Positions 38,073 to 47,488 of a DNA stretch of 64,000 bases are shown here, piece after piece (the stretch's first letter is position 1; each line of letters starts with the position of its first letter). The position numbers were made by a program, and so were the translations under genes. The notes under the pieces are model-generated. The model was not told the origin of the DNA, searched no databases, and was given only the letters and a program-made list of their open reading frames with translations. Source of the DNA: Candidatus Woesearchaeota archaeon. GTDB taxonomy: Archaea > Nanobdellota > Nanobdellia > Woesearchaeales > JABGXB01. The stretch spans positions 256,098 to 320,097 of the forward strand of contig JABGXB010000002.1 of the NCBI GenBank assembly GCA_018675975.1. The letters are read 5' to 3'.

Positions 38073-38332
38073 AATTCAGAGATTTAAAATCAATATCAGA
38101 CGCCGACCTTGGTGTAAAAATTGTAGAATTAGAAAAAGAATTATTAAAAGTAAATGGTCAAATTGCACAGGGTTCAGGAATTAAAAATACTTCACAAAGA
38201 AGAGAATTAAAAAGAAGTATTGCGAAAATTATGACATTGACAAATCAAAGAAAAAAAAGTGATAGTAAAATAAGTAAAAAAACAGCAGAAAATAAAATAA
38301 AAACAGTAAAAGAAACAAAAAATAAAAATTGA
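38069..38332 (+). CDS. rpl29: 50S ribosomal protein uL29
   Basis: RELKRSIAKIMT; operon order. Confidence 0.93.
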   Translation: MKFRDLKSISDADLGVKIVELEKELLKVNGQIAQGSGIKNTSQRRELKRSIAKIMTLTNQRKKSDSKISKKTAENKIKTVKETKNKN

Positions 38333-38568
38333 AAATAGGCAATTATATTCATATAAAAGAAGCAAAAAATGCTTCATTAAATGACAAAAAAGGTTTTGTC
38401 ATAGATATAACAAAAAATTCAATTTTGTTAGCAGAACAAAATGAAATTAATAGTAAAATAAAAAAAGCATTTGAAACAAAAAAATTTGATTTGTTTTTAA
38501 AAGTGTTAAATGAACAAGATTATAAAAAAATAAAAAAAACAAGAATATTAAATGGGCAAATAAAATGA
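38329..38568 (+). CDS. rnp1: RNase P protein Rpp29/Pop4, divergent
   Basis: IGNYIHIKEAKNASLNDKKGFVIDITKNSI resembles the Rpp29 core; canonical slot between uL29 and uS17. Confidence 0.65.
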   Translation: MKIGNYIHIKEAKNASLNDKKGFVIDITKNSILLAEQNEINSKIKKAFETKKFDLFLKVLNEQDYKKIKKTRILNGQIK

Positions 38569-38831
38569 ACGAAAAAATAACAATGCGTGGTAAAACACTT
38601 AATGGACATGTAGTAAAATTCAAAGCTGCAAAAACTGCAACAGTTGAATGGGAAATTGTAGTTAGAAATAAAAAGTATCAAAGAAACTACAAAAAAAGAA
38701 ATAAAATTAGTGTTCATGTGCCTGAAAACATAGAAATAGCTGAGGGTGACTTAGTAGAAATACAAGAGTGTAGGCCAATATCAAAATCAAAAAAATTCAT
38801 AATTACAAAAAAAATTGAAAAGAAAAAATGA
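38565..38831 (+). CDS. rps17: 30S ribosomal protein uS17
   Basis: KYQRNYKK...VH...GDLVEIQECRPISKSKKF. Confidence 0.96.
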   Translation: MNEKITMRGKTLNGHVVKFKAAKTATVEWEIVVRNKKYQRNYKKRNKISVHVPENIEIAEGDLVEIQECRPISKSKKFIITKKIEKKK

Positions 38832-39229
38832 AAGAAGTAAAAAGTAAAATAACTAGAGGATTGCCGTTTGGAGCACGTATTGAAGCATGCGACAATTCAG
38901 GTGCAAAGTTAATAAGATTATTTTCAGTTAAGAATATGAAAACAAGAAAAGGAAGATTACAAGCTGCAGGAATTGGAGACTTAATTAAATGTACAGTTAA
39001 AAAAGGAAAACCAGACATGAGAAAAAAAGTAGTTTGGGCAGTAATAGTAAGAACAAAAAAATCATTTAGAAGAGCAAATGGTAAAAGAATAAAATTTGAA
39101 GATAATGCAGTTGTAGTATTAAAAGATGAAAAAGGCACACCAAAGGGAACAATCATTAAAGGTCCTATTGCAAAAGAAGTGGCATTAAGATGGCCAACTA
39201 TTGCAAAAATAGCAAATTCAATATTATAA
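38828..39229 (+). CDS. rpl14: 50S ribosomal protein uL14
   Basis: CDNSGAK, IKFEDNAVV, PKGT.IKGPIAKE. Confidence 0.97.
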   Translation: MKEVKSKITRGLPFGARIEACDNSGAKLIRLFSVKNMKTRKGRLQAAGIGDLIKCTVKKGKPDMRKKVVWAVIVRTKKSFRRANGKRIKFEDNAVVVLKDEKGTPKGTIIKGPIAKEVALRWPTIAKIANSIL

Positions 39230-39230
39230 A

Positions 39231-39602
39231 ATGAAAACAACATTTTCAAAAACGTGGAAGAGCAGCAGTAAACCAAGAAAGCAAAGAAAATATAGATTTA
39301 ATGCTCCTATACAAATAAAAAGAAAATTATTAGCATCACCATTATCCAAAGAATTAAAAGAATTACATAAAAAAAATGCAGTTCCTATAAGAATTGGTGA
39401 TAAAGTAAAAATAATAAATGGAAATTTCAAAGGTAAAGAAGGAGAAGTTGAAAAAATTTATATTAAAAAAATGAAAATAGGAATTTCAAAAATTGAAGTT
39501 GAAAAAAAAGATGGTTCAAAATCAAAAATTCCTGTGGACCCTTCAAATTGCGTAATAGTTTCATTAAAAAAAGATAAAAAAAGATTAGAGAATAAAAAAT
39601 GA
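39231..39602 (+). CDS. rpl24: 50S ribosomal protein uL24
   Basis: SSKPRKQRK, IRIGDKVKII.G.FKG KOW motif. Confidence 0.96.
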   Translation: MKTTFSKTWKSSSKPRKQRKYRFNAPIQIKRKLLASPLSKELKELHKKNAVPIRIGDKVKIINGNFKGKEGEVEKIYIKKMKIGISKIEVEKKDGSKSKIPVDPSNCVIVSLKKDKKRLENKK

Positions 39603-40297
39603 TTAAAAGACATATTAAAAGATTGGTATTTCCAAATACATGGAATGTATTAAGAAAAGAAAACACGTTTTCAATAAAACCAAATCCATCAGGTCATAAT
39701 AAAGAAAACTCAATTCCAATTAGCATTTTAATTCGAGACATTTCAAATATGACAAAAAATACAAAAGAAACTAAACAATTAATTAATGACAGAGTTGTTT
39801 TAGTTGACGGTAAAAAAGTAAAAACAATCAAAAGACCAGTTGGTTTTATGGATGTAGTGTCATTTGAAAAAATAAATGAAAATTACATTGTAAATTTACA
39901 AAAAAATGGAAAATTAAATTTATCTGAAACTAAAAATCCTAAACAAAAAATTTGTAAAATCACAAAAAAATGGATGTCACAAGGCAAAAATATATCATAT
40001 TCAACACACGACGGAAGAACTTTTATAACAAAAAATAATGAATACAAAATTGGGGATTCATTATTAGTTGAAATTCCAAATCAAAAAATATTAAAATGTT
40101 TAAAATTAGAAAAAGATTGTATTGGTATGTTCCTTGGTGGAGGAAACAAAGGTAAAGAACTTGTTTTAACAAATATTGTTGAAACTGGAAATAGACAAGA
40201 AGATTATTTAGAATTTGAAATTGAAAATATAAAATATAAAAGTCCAAAAAAATTATTTTTTGTTTTGGGAAATAATAAAAAAAGTGAATTAGTATAA
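39599..40297 (+). CDS. rps4e: 30S ribosomal protein S4e
   Basis: HIKRL..P..W, VDGK, PVGFMDVV, HDGR. Confidence 0.96.
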   Translation: MIKRHIKRLVFPNTWNVLRKENTFSIKPNPSGHNKENSIPISILIRDISNMTKNTKETKQLINDRVVLVDGKKVKTIKRPVGFMDVVSFEKINENYIVNLQKNGKLNLSETKNPKQKICKITKKWMSQGKNISYSTHDGRTFITKNNEYKIGDSLLVEIPNQKILKCLKLEKDCIGMFLGGGNKGKELVLTNIVETGNRQEDYLEFEIENIKYKSPKKLFFVLGNNKKSELV

Positions 40298-40298
40298 A

Positions 40299-40811
40299 AT
40301 GAATGTAAATAAAGAAATCAAAATAGAGAAAGTAACATTGAATATAGGTTCAGGTAAAGATCAATCTAAATTAGAACGAGGATTAATATTATTAGAAAAA
40401 ATAGCAAATAAAAAACCAGTTAGATGTAAAACAGATAAAAGAATACAAACTTGGAGTATCAGAAAAGGTTTACCGATTGGAACAAAAGTTACAATTAGAG
40501 GAGATGAAGTAAAAGAAATATTAAATAATCTTTTACATGCAAGAGATTTTATTTTAAAACCAACACAAATAGATCAAGGTGGAAATTTATCATTTGGAAT
40601 TCATGAATATATTGACATTAAAGGAATAGACTACATACAAGAAGTTGGTGTAATGGGTCTTGAATGCACAGTAACCTTATTTAGAAATGGATATAGAATA
40701 AAAAATAGAAAAAGAAATATTAGAAAAGTTGGAAAAAGCCACCGTATCACAAAAGAAGAAGCATTAGACTTTTTTAAAGAAAATTTTAAAATAAATTTTG
40801 GAGAAGAATAA
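40299..40811 (+). CDS. rpl5: 50S ribosomal protein uL5
   Basis: [31 protein letters not shown]. Confidence 0.97.
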   Translation: MNVNKEIKIEKVTLNIGSGKDQSKLERGLILLEKIANKKPVRCKTDKRIQTWSIRKGLPIGTKVTIRGDEVKEILNNLLHARDFILKPTQIDQGGNLSFGIHEYIDIKGIDYIQEVGVMGLECTVTLFRNGYRIKNRKRNIRKVGKSHRITKEEALDFFKENFKINFGEE

Positions 40812-40812
40812 A

Positions 40813-41043
40813 ATGACTGCAAGTGACCCAAAAAAAATGCTTAAACAGATTGAACATAAAACTGCTAAAGCAAATAAATTTAGAAAACATAACTTAGGTA
40901 AAAAAAGAACATGCGGTTTTACAACTAAAAAATGTCAAAGGTGTGGTAGAATTAAAGGACATTTAGATCAATATAGATTAGATTTATGCAGACAATGTTT
41001 TAGAGACGTTGCAATAAAAATAGGATTTAAAAAATATAATTGA
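40813..41043 (+). CDS. rps14: 30S ribosomal protein uS14
   Basis: CQRCG...LCRQCFR...IGFKKY; start at ATG 40813. Confidence 0.95.
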   Translation: MTASDPKKMLKQIEHKTAKANKFRKHNLGKKRTCGFTTKKCQRCGRIKGHLDQYRLDLCRQCFRDVAIKIGFKKYN

Positions 41044-41057
41044 GGAAATCAAAAAAA

Positions 41058-41447
41058 ATGATGAACGATACAATTGCTGGAAACCTGTCAAACATATTAA
41101 ATTATGAAAAAACAGGAAAGAGTGAAATTGAAATTAGATTTAATTCTAAACTATTTAGATTGATTTTAGAAATTATGAATGAAAAGGGATATGTTGGAAA
41201 ATACAAAATTATTGAAAATAATATTGGTAACAAATTAATTATTGATTTAATTGGAAAAATAAATAATTGTGGTAGTATTAAACCAAGATTTCCTGTAAAA
41301 GTTTCTGAATACACAAAATTTGAAAAAAGATTCCTTCCTGCACACAATTTTGGTATATTAATTGTATCAACAAATAAAGGATTAATGACACATGACAAAG
41401 CAAAAGAATTAAAACTTGGTGGAAAACTAATTGCATTCGTATATTAA
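41058..41447 (+). CDS. rps8: 30S ribosomal protein uS8
   Basis: INNCGSIKPRF, ILIVSTNKGLMTH..A....GGKL. Confidence 0.96.
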   Translation: MMNDTIAGNLSNILNYEKTGKSEIEIRFNSKLFRLILEIMNEKGYVGKYKIIENNIGNKLIIDLIGKINNCGSIKPRFPVKVSEYTKFEKRFLPAHNFGILIVSTNKGLMTHDKAKELKLGGKLIAFVY

Positions 41448-41448
41448 A

Positions 41449-42000
41449 ATGAAAAGTAAAAAAAAACCTTTAATTAAAAAAATTGAAATAGAACAATCAA
41501 TAAATGTTGAAGTTAATAATAATGCTGTAACAATTAAGGGTGAAAAAGGAGAAATATCAAGAAAATTCAACTCAAAATCAATCATAATAAAAACCGAAGA
41601 AAATAAAATTATAGTAGATTCAATTAAAGAAAAAAAAAAAGAAAAAAAAATGGTTAATACAATTGTAGCACATTTAAAAAATATGATTAAAGGTGTTACA
41701 AAAGGATTTGAATATGAACTTTCAGCAGTATTTAAACATTTTCCAATGACTTTAGAAGTTAAAAACAATAAAGTATTAATTAAAAATTTCCTTGGAGAAA
41801 AAGTACCAAGAGAATGTGAAATAGTTGAAGGTGTAAATGTTAATTTAACAGGACAAAAATTTATATTAAGTGGAATAGATAAAGAAAAAGTTGGATCTAT
41901 GGCATCAAGATTAGAATTAATTACTCGAGTAACAAAAATGGATAGAAGAATATTTCAAGATGGTATATTCATAACAAGAAAAGATAATAAAATAATTTAA
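41449..42000 (+). CDS. rpl6: 50S ribosomal protein uL6
   Basis: HLKNMIKGVT.GF, HFP, NFLGEK, DRRIFQDGI. Confidence 0.96.
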   Translation: MKSKKKPLIKKIEIEQSINVEVNNNAVTIKGEKGEISRKFNSKSIIIKTEENKIIVDSIKEKKKEKKMVNTIVAHLKNMIKGVTKGFEYELSAVFKHFPMTLEVKNNKVLIKNFLGEKVPRECEIVEGVNVNLTGQKFILSGIDKEKVGSMASRLELITRVTKMDRRIFQDGIFITRKDNKII

Positions 42001-42001
42001 A

Positions 42002-42526
42002 ATGGAAAAATTACTAAAAATCAAAATCGAGCAGAATAAAAAAAGACCAAATTTTTTAGCTCAAGATTCACACAAACTTAAAAGAATTAAAAATAAATGG
42101 AGAAAAGGAAGAGGTAGTGATAGTAAAGTTAGACATAAATTAAAAGGAAGAAAAATGAGAGTTGAAGATGGTTATAGAACTCCAAGAAAAGTTAGAGGTT
42201 TAACACTAACTGGATTAAAAAAATTATATATTAGTAATATTGATCAATTAAATAATGCATCATTAGAAAATGTATGTATTGTAATTAATAAAACAGTTGG
42301 AATGAGAAAAAAAATTGAAATAATTAAATTATGTATTAATAAAAAATTAAAAATATTGGGTTGTAAAAAACCAGAAGAATTAATTAAAAATCAAGAAGAC
42401 AAGTTTAAGAACAAAAAAGAAACTAATGTAAAAGAAAAAAAAGTAAAGACAGAAAATAAGTCAGAAGAAAAAGCAAAAGAAGTTAATAAAAAAGAAATAA
42501 AAGAAGAAAATAATACTGAAAAATGA
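42002..42526 (+). CDS. rpl32e: 50S ribosomal protein L32e
   Basis: RPNF..QD...WRK.RG.DSK.R...GYRTP..VRGL. Confidence 0.95.
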   Translation: MEKLLKIKIEQNKKRPNFLAQDSHKLKRIKNKWRKGRGSDSKVRHKLKGRKMRVEDGYRTPRKVRGLTLTGLKKLYISNIDQLNNASLENVCIVINKTVGMRKKIEIIKLCINKKLKILGCKKPEELIKNQEDKFKNKKETNVKEKKVKTENKSEEKAKEVNKKEIKEENNTEK

Positions 42527-42975
42527 AATTAAGAACACAAAAACGATTGGCAAGTACTGTATTAAAATGTTCACCAAAAAGAGTAAAGTTTAACTTAGAA
42601 TCATTAGAGAAAATTAAAGCTGCAATAAGAAAATTTGATATAAAAGGTTTAATCAAAGAAAAAAGTATAATTAAAATTCAAAAAAAAGGAGTTAGTAGAG
42701 TTCGTGCAAATAAAATAAAATCCCAAAAATCTAAAGGTAGAAGAAAGGGAGATGGTTCAGCAAAAGGAGTACGAAGAAATTTAAATTCAAATAAAAGAGC
42801 ATGGATAAATAAAATAAGATCACAAAGAGAATTAATTAAAAGAGTAAGAGAAAATGAAATATGTTCAAAAGAAACATGTAGAGATTTATACAGAAAAGCT
42901 GGAGGAGGTTTTTTTAGGAACACTCGACACATTAAATTATACATTAAAGATCATAACTTAATAACTAAAAAATGA
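42523..42975 (+). CDS. rpl19e: 50S ribosomal protein L19e
   Basis: QKRLAS.VLKC...GRRKG.GS.KG...WINKIR. Confidence 0.96.
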   Translation: MKLRTQKRLASTVLKCSPKRVKFNLESLEKIKAAIRKFDIKGLIKEKSIIKIQKKGVSRVRANKIKSQKSKGRRKGDGSAKGVRRNLNSNKRAWINKIRSQRELIKRVRENEICSKETCRDLYRKAGGGFFRNTRHIKLYIKDHNLITKK

Positions 42976-43538
42976 AAAAAAACTATACTGTAAAAAACAG
43001 AAGGAAAAGAGAACAAAAAACAGATTATGCAAAAAGATTAAAATTGTTAAAATCTAAAATACCTAGATTTGTTGTAAGAATTAGTAATAATGATGTTACA
43101 ATACAAATAATAGATTTTAATCCAAAAGGAGATACTGTACATTTAACAATTAACGGAAGTACATTAACAAAACAAGGTTACAAAGGAAGTAAATCAAATA
43201 TGTGTTCAGCATATTTATTAGGTTTATTAGCCGCTAAAATGGCATTAAAAAAAAACATATCAAAAGTATGTGTTGATACTGGTTTAAAATTAATGAATAA
43301 AGGAAATAAAATATATGCAACAATAAAAGGAGCAATTGAAGGTGGATTAAATGTACCTTGTAAAGAAGAAATGCTCCCAAGTGAAGAGAGAATTAATGGA
43401 AAACATATTGAAGAATATAGTAATTTATTAAAAGAAAAATCTCAAGTTAAATTTTCAAAAATTGTAAAAAATGGATTAAATCCATCAGATTACTCAAAAC
43501 ACATAGAAAGTGTTAAAACTAAAATATTATCACTATAG
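42972..43538 (+). CDS. rpl18: 50S ribosomal protein uL18
   Basis: RRKREQKTDY.KRL.LL, AYLLG, KGAIEGGL.VP. Confidence 0.96.
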   Translation: MKKNYTVKNRRKREQKTDYAKRLKLLKSKIPRFVVRISNNDVTIQIIDFNPKGDTVHLTINGSTLTKQGYKGSKSNMCSAYLLGLLAAKMALKKNISKVCVDTGLKLMNKGNKIYATIKGAIEGGLNVPCKEEMLPSEERINGKHIEEYSNLLKEKSQVKFSKIVKNGLNPSDYSKHIESVKTKILSL

Positions 43539-43552
43539 ATAATTCAATAAAA

Positions 43553-44308
43553 ATGGCTGAAATGGTATATCAAGAAAGACAAACAAGGGAAGAAAAGTTA
43601 AAAAAAGAATCTGAAGAGAAATTACTAAATTGGGTTCCTAAAACAGAATTAGGAAAATTGGTTAAAGAAGGTAAAATTACTGACATAGATCAAATATTTA
43701 GTTTAAGATACAAAATTAAAGAACCCGAAATTTTAGATTATTTATGTCCAAATAGTACATTAGAATTATTAAATATAGGACAAGTTAAAGGTAAGTTTGG
43801 TGGTGGAAAAAGAAGAACTTTTAGACAAACCCAAAAAAAAACAAAAGAAGGAAATAAACCATCATTTTCAACTTATGCAGTATTTGGAAATGAAAACGGT
43901 TATGTTGGTTTAGGTTATGGTAAAAGTCGAGAAACAATTCCAGCAAGAGAAAAAGCATATAGAAATGCAAAAATTAATTTAATTAAAATAAGAAGAGGAT
44001 CTGGATCTTGGGAAGATGATAGTATAGAACCACATTCAATACCATTTAAAATATCAGGACAATGTTCGTCAGTTCATGTTGAATTATTACCTGCACCATT
44101 AGGTACTGGACTTGTATGTCATAAAGAAGTTGCAAAAGTACTAAAAGCTGCTGGAATAAAAAATATAAGATCAAATATTAGAGGAAATAGTAGTTCAGCG
44201 ATTAACTTATTAAAAGCATTAGAAAAAGCATTAATGATGCTTACAAAAACAAAAATAAATGAAAGTCACATTGAAAAATTAGGAATAGTTGACGGAATTA
44301 TAAAATGA
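43553..44308 (+). CDS. rps5: 30S ribosomal protein uS5
   Basis: WVPKTELG, GNENGYVGLG, PAPLGTGL. Confidence 0.96.
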   Translation: MAEMVYQERQTREEKLKKESEEKLLNWVPKTELGKLVKEGKITDIDQIFSLRYKIKEPEILDYLCPNSTLELLNIGQVKGKFGGGKRRTFRQTQKKTKEGNKPSFSTYAVFGNENGYVGLGYGKSRETIPAREKAYRNAKINLIKIRRGSGSWEDDSIEPHSIPFKISGQCSSVHVELLPAPLGTGLVCHKEVAKVLKAAGIKNIRSNIRGNSSSAINLLKALEKALMMLTKTKINESHIEKLGIVDGIIK

Positions 44309-44679
44309 AAATAGCATTAATTAGAATAAGAGGACAAACTGGAATTAGAAAAGATATAAAGGATACTCTAACAATGTTAAACTTACACAAAAATAATTAT
44401 TGCTCAATAATTGAATTAAGTGATTCAAATAAAAATATGGTTAAAAAAGTTGAAAATTTCATCACATGGGGAGAAATTGATACAGAAACAGAAAAATTAC
44501 TAAGTGAAAAAAAATTAGAAAAAGATGGAAGAGACCCAAGTAAAAATAAAAAATACTTTAGATTAAATCCACCAGTAGGCGGATTTGAAAGAAAAGGTAT
44601 AAAAAAACATTTTACAATTGGTGGTGCGTTAGGTTATAGAAATAATAAAATTAATGATTTAATTAAAAAAATGATTTAA
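44305..44679 (+). CDS. rpl30: 50S ribosomal protein uL30
   Basis: IRIRG...TLTMLNL...ITWGE...FRLNPP.GG...GALGYR. Confidence 0.96.
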   Translation: MKIALIRIRGQTGIRKDIKDTLTMLNLHKNNYCSIIELSDSNKNMVKKVENFITWGEIDTETEKLLSEKKLEKDGRDPSKNKKYFRLNPPVGGFERKGIKKHFTIGGALGYRNNKINDLIKKMI

Positions 44680-44683
44680 AAAA

Positions 44684-45172
44684 ATGGCAAGAAAAGAAAA
44701 AAGAAAATCAAATAAGATGAGAGCTCGTACAACTCACGGATGGGGATCTATGAAAAAACATAGAGGAGCAGGTAATAGAGGAGGTAGAGGTAATGCCGGA
44801 TCTACCAAACAAAGAGCACAATTATATTTAGGTAAAGGATTAAATAAAAAAGGATTTAAAAATTTAAATAGTTCCAAAAAAGAATTTATTACAATAAACA
44901 CACTAGAATTAAATAGCTTATATGAAAGAATGCTAAAAAGTGGTAAAATAAAACAAAGTGATAATATAATTAATATTGATTTAAATTTATTAGGTATTGA
45001 AAAATTATTAGCAAAAGGAACAGTTGATAAAAAATTTAATATAAATGTATTAATTGCAAGTAAAAAAGCAATTGAAAAAATTGAATCTGTTGGTGGAAAA
45101 GTAAATTTATTATCCACAAAAAATACAGAAGAAGAAGAAGACAATTCTCAAGAAGAAGTTTCTGAAAAATAA
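44684..45172 (+). CDS. rpl15: 50S ribosomal protein uL15
   Basis: THGWG..KKHRGAGNRGGRGNAG, ASKKAIEKIE..GG. Confidence 0.96.
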   Translation: MARKEKRKSNKMRARTTHGWGSMKKHRGAGNRGGRGNAGSTKQRAQLYLGKGLNKKGFKNLNSSKKEFITINTLELNSLYERMLKSGKIKQSDNIINIDLNLLGIEKLLAKGTVDKKFNINVLIASKKAIEKIESVGGKVNLLSTKNTEEEEDNSQEEVSEK

Positions 45173-45747
45173 TTTTTTATAGTATCTTGTTTTGTAAAAT
45201 AACTCTTAGTTTTTAATATAGACTCCGTTAAAAACTTAGGAAAATGGGAAAACATTGTATTAAAACCTTGATGTTTAAAATCAATTTCAACTTGCTCCAG
45301 ACCTGAAGTCAAATCAAATAAGTTAGAACTATTTTCTAAAAAAAGAATATCAATTAATTGTTTTTGATTTTTTGATAAATTTAATTTATACAATGGAATT
45401 TTGAAAAATCCAAATTCAGTCATGTTCACATTAACACCACCATATTTAAATTTATGATCTTTATCCTTCATTTGTTCCAATTCACAAGGTTTAAATGGAG
45501 TTCCCCGTCTATAATTTTTTTCCAATTGATTAAACGTACCATAAAAATACAAAGAACTATCAAACAAAGTCAAACAATTTGTTTCTCTTCCAAAAATAAA
45601 ATTAGCACAAATATTTTCAATAGAGTCCATACCACCAATTGAATTAAATTTCATTACACCCCGTATATCATCACCCGCAAGAAAACCCTTTATATTAAAT
45701 GAATATCTTAAATTGCGCCTAATATCATAAACCATACGAATTAACAA
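45148..45747 (-). CDS. Hypothetical protein
   Basis: 199-aa ORF; start uncertain. Confidence 0.5.
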   Translation of the reverse strand: MLIRMVYDIRRNLRYSFNIKGFLAGDDIRGVMKFNSIGGMDSIENICANFIFGRETNCLTLFDSSLYFYGTFNQLEKNYRRGTPFKPCELEQMKDKDHKFKYGGVNVNMTEFGFFKIPLYKLNLSKNQKQLIDILFLENSSNLFDLTSGLEQVEIDFKHQGFNTMFSHFPKFLTESILKTKSYFTKQDTIKNYFSETSS

Positions 45748-45766
45748 AAATGCATATTTATAAGCT

Positions 45767-46606
45767 TTATTTTATTTCAGCAAAGACATTTGCAACCAAA
45801 GGTGAGTCACTAATATCACTTCCATTTAATGTTAATTTTAGATCAGAAGGTAAATCAAAAATTATATCATTATTTATATTATAGAAATTTAATTTGTTTT
45901 TATAATTTACAATAAGTGTTTCAATTTTATTTATCGATCTAACATCTTTTGGAAAAAATTTAATTAAAACATTTTCATCAACATTTACAATATTAAATGT
46001 ATCTTTATCAATTAATATATTTTTTTCATAATTTAAAATTTCAGACTCAACAATATTACTATCTCCTCCCAAATCTCTAATTAATTTATCTTTTACTAAA
46101 TCCATATTAGGATATAAAGAAAATGCATAATAATAAACACCATTTAATTTTTCATCAGATAATCTTTTAATTTCACTACTTTCAATATCACTAATTAAAT
46201 CAATAATTTGATCATTATTGTTCCAAATATCAGAAGTAATTGGAAAAGATTCCCAAATACCATTAATTTTAGAATATACCAAATTCCCATCAACATAAGT
46301 TTTGGTTTTAATATTTTTTTGTTGACCTGAAGATAATGAAATAACCGAAGAATCAATAAACATTAATTTATTTATTAAATCCATATCAATATGGGAAAAT
46401 ATTTTATTATTATAACTAACTGATTCATTATTAATAGTAATTTCATATTCCAAATTAACATTTAAAGAATAACTTTCTAACTGTTTTGTATTATTTAATA
46501 AAATTGATTTTATATCAATATCATTAATTGGCATTAAATATATAGAAATTAATGCAACTGATAATAAAATCACAATTAAAAATATTAATTTGTTCATTTT
46601 ATTCAT
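45767..46606 (-). CDS. Membrane-anchored beta-rich protein (possible LolA/LppX-like fold)
   Basis: N-terminal TM; TYVDGNLVYSKINGIW, EKLNGVYYY, LIDKDTF, N.N..I..DLP pattern. Confidence 0.5.
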   Translation of the reverse strand: MNKMNKLIFLIVILLSVALISIYLMPINDIDIKSILLNNTKQLESYSLNVNLEYEITINNESVSYNNKIFSHIDMDLINKLMFIDSSVISLSSGQQKNIKTKTYVDGNLVYSKINGIWESFPITSDIWNNNDQIIDLISDIESSEIKRLSDEKLNGVYYYAFSLYPNMDLVKDKLIRDLGGDSNIVESEILNYEKNILIDKDTFNIVNVDENVLIKFFPKDVRSINKIETLIVNYKNKLNFYNINNDIIFDLPSDLKLTLNGSDISDSPLVANVFAEIK

Positions 46607-46647
46607 AAAAATAGTATAAATCTTTAATTTTTAAAATTACCTTAAAA

Positions 46648-47397
46648 TTAATTTTTAGTTATAATTTTTTTTTGGGGTTTTAAATTATTAATTAATAGAG
46701 AATCGGCATTTAATTTTTTATAATGATCTGCAATTTCAAAAGGAATATCAGTAGTTATACCAAAAACCCCAAATTTAATATATTTATTACATTTTTTTAA
46801 AGAATTTATTGTAAAAACAATATCTTTAATATTATTATCCACATATTTTTGATGAGTTTTTTTTGTAAATAAAAATGAATCTCCAATACTGACATATTTA
46901 ATATTATATTTTTTAAAATCACTAATTAAATCTAATTTAGGAATTAAACTCATATGACATAAATTTACAAATCTATTTTGTTTCCTTATATTTTTTAATT
47001 TTTCAATAAAAAAAGAGCCAATAATATAATCCTTACAATTTAATTCCTCTAATTTTTTTAAAACTAAAAATTCATTACAAGTATTTTTTATTTCGAAAAA
47101 AAATTTAGTTTTGCCATTTAATAATTTAATAATATAATCTAAAGTTAATACTTCAGTCCCATCAGAACATAAATCTAAAATTTCTTTATGAGTTAAAGAA
47201 CTAATAACACCTTTTTTTTTAAAAATTCGCCTTAAGCTATTATCATGAGATATAATAATTTGACCATCTTTTGTTTGACGCAAATCAATTTCAATATATT
47301 CAACTTTATTATGTATAGCAGTAAATATAGCTTCAAAAGAATTTTCTACAAAATAATTACTATTTCCTCTATGTGCAACTATAATTGGTAAAGTCAT
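46648..47397 (-). CDS. Glycerophosphodiester phosphodiesterase
   Basis: AHRG, EN, IEIDLRQTKDG..IISHD, EIK, GITTD.P. Confidence 0.92.
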   Translation of the reverse strand: MTLPIIVAHRGNSNYFVENSFEAIFTAIHNKVEYIEIDLRQTKDGQIIISHDNSLRRIFKKKGVISSLTHKEILDLCSDGTEVLTLDYIIKLLNGKTKFFFEIKNTCNEFLVLKKLEELNCKDYIIGSFFIEKLKNIRKQNRFVNLCHMSLIPKLDLISDFKKYNIKYVSIGDSFLFTKKTHQKYVDNNIKDIVFTINSLKKCNKYIKFGVFGITTDIPFEIADHYKKLNADSLLINNLKPQKKIITKN

Positions 47398-47488
47398 AAG
47401 AAAAATAAATTTATTTTGTTTTTAAATCTATTTTAAAAATCAAGTTAGCTTTATAAATAAGACATAATTTTTAGCAATAGGATAAAAA

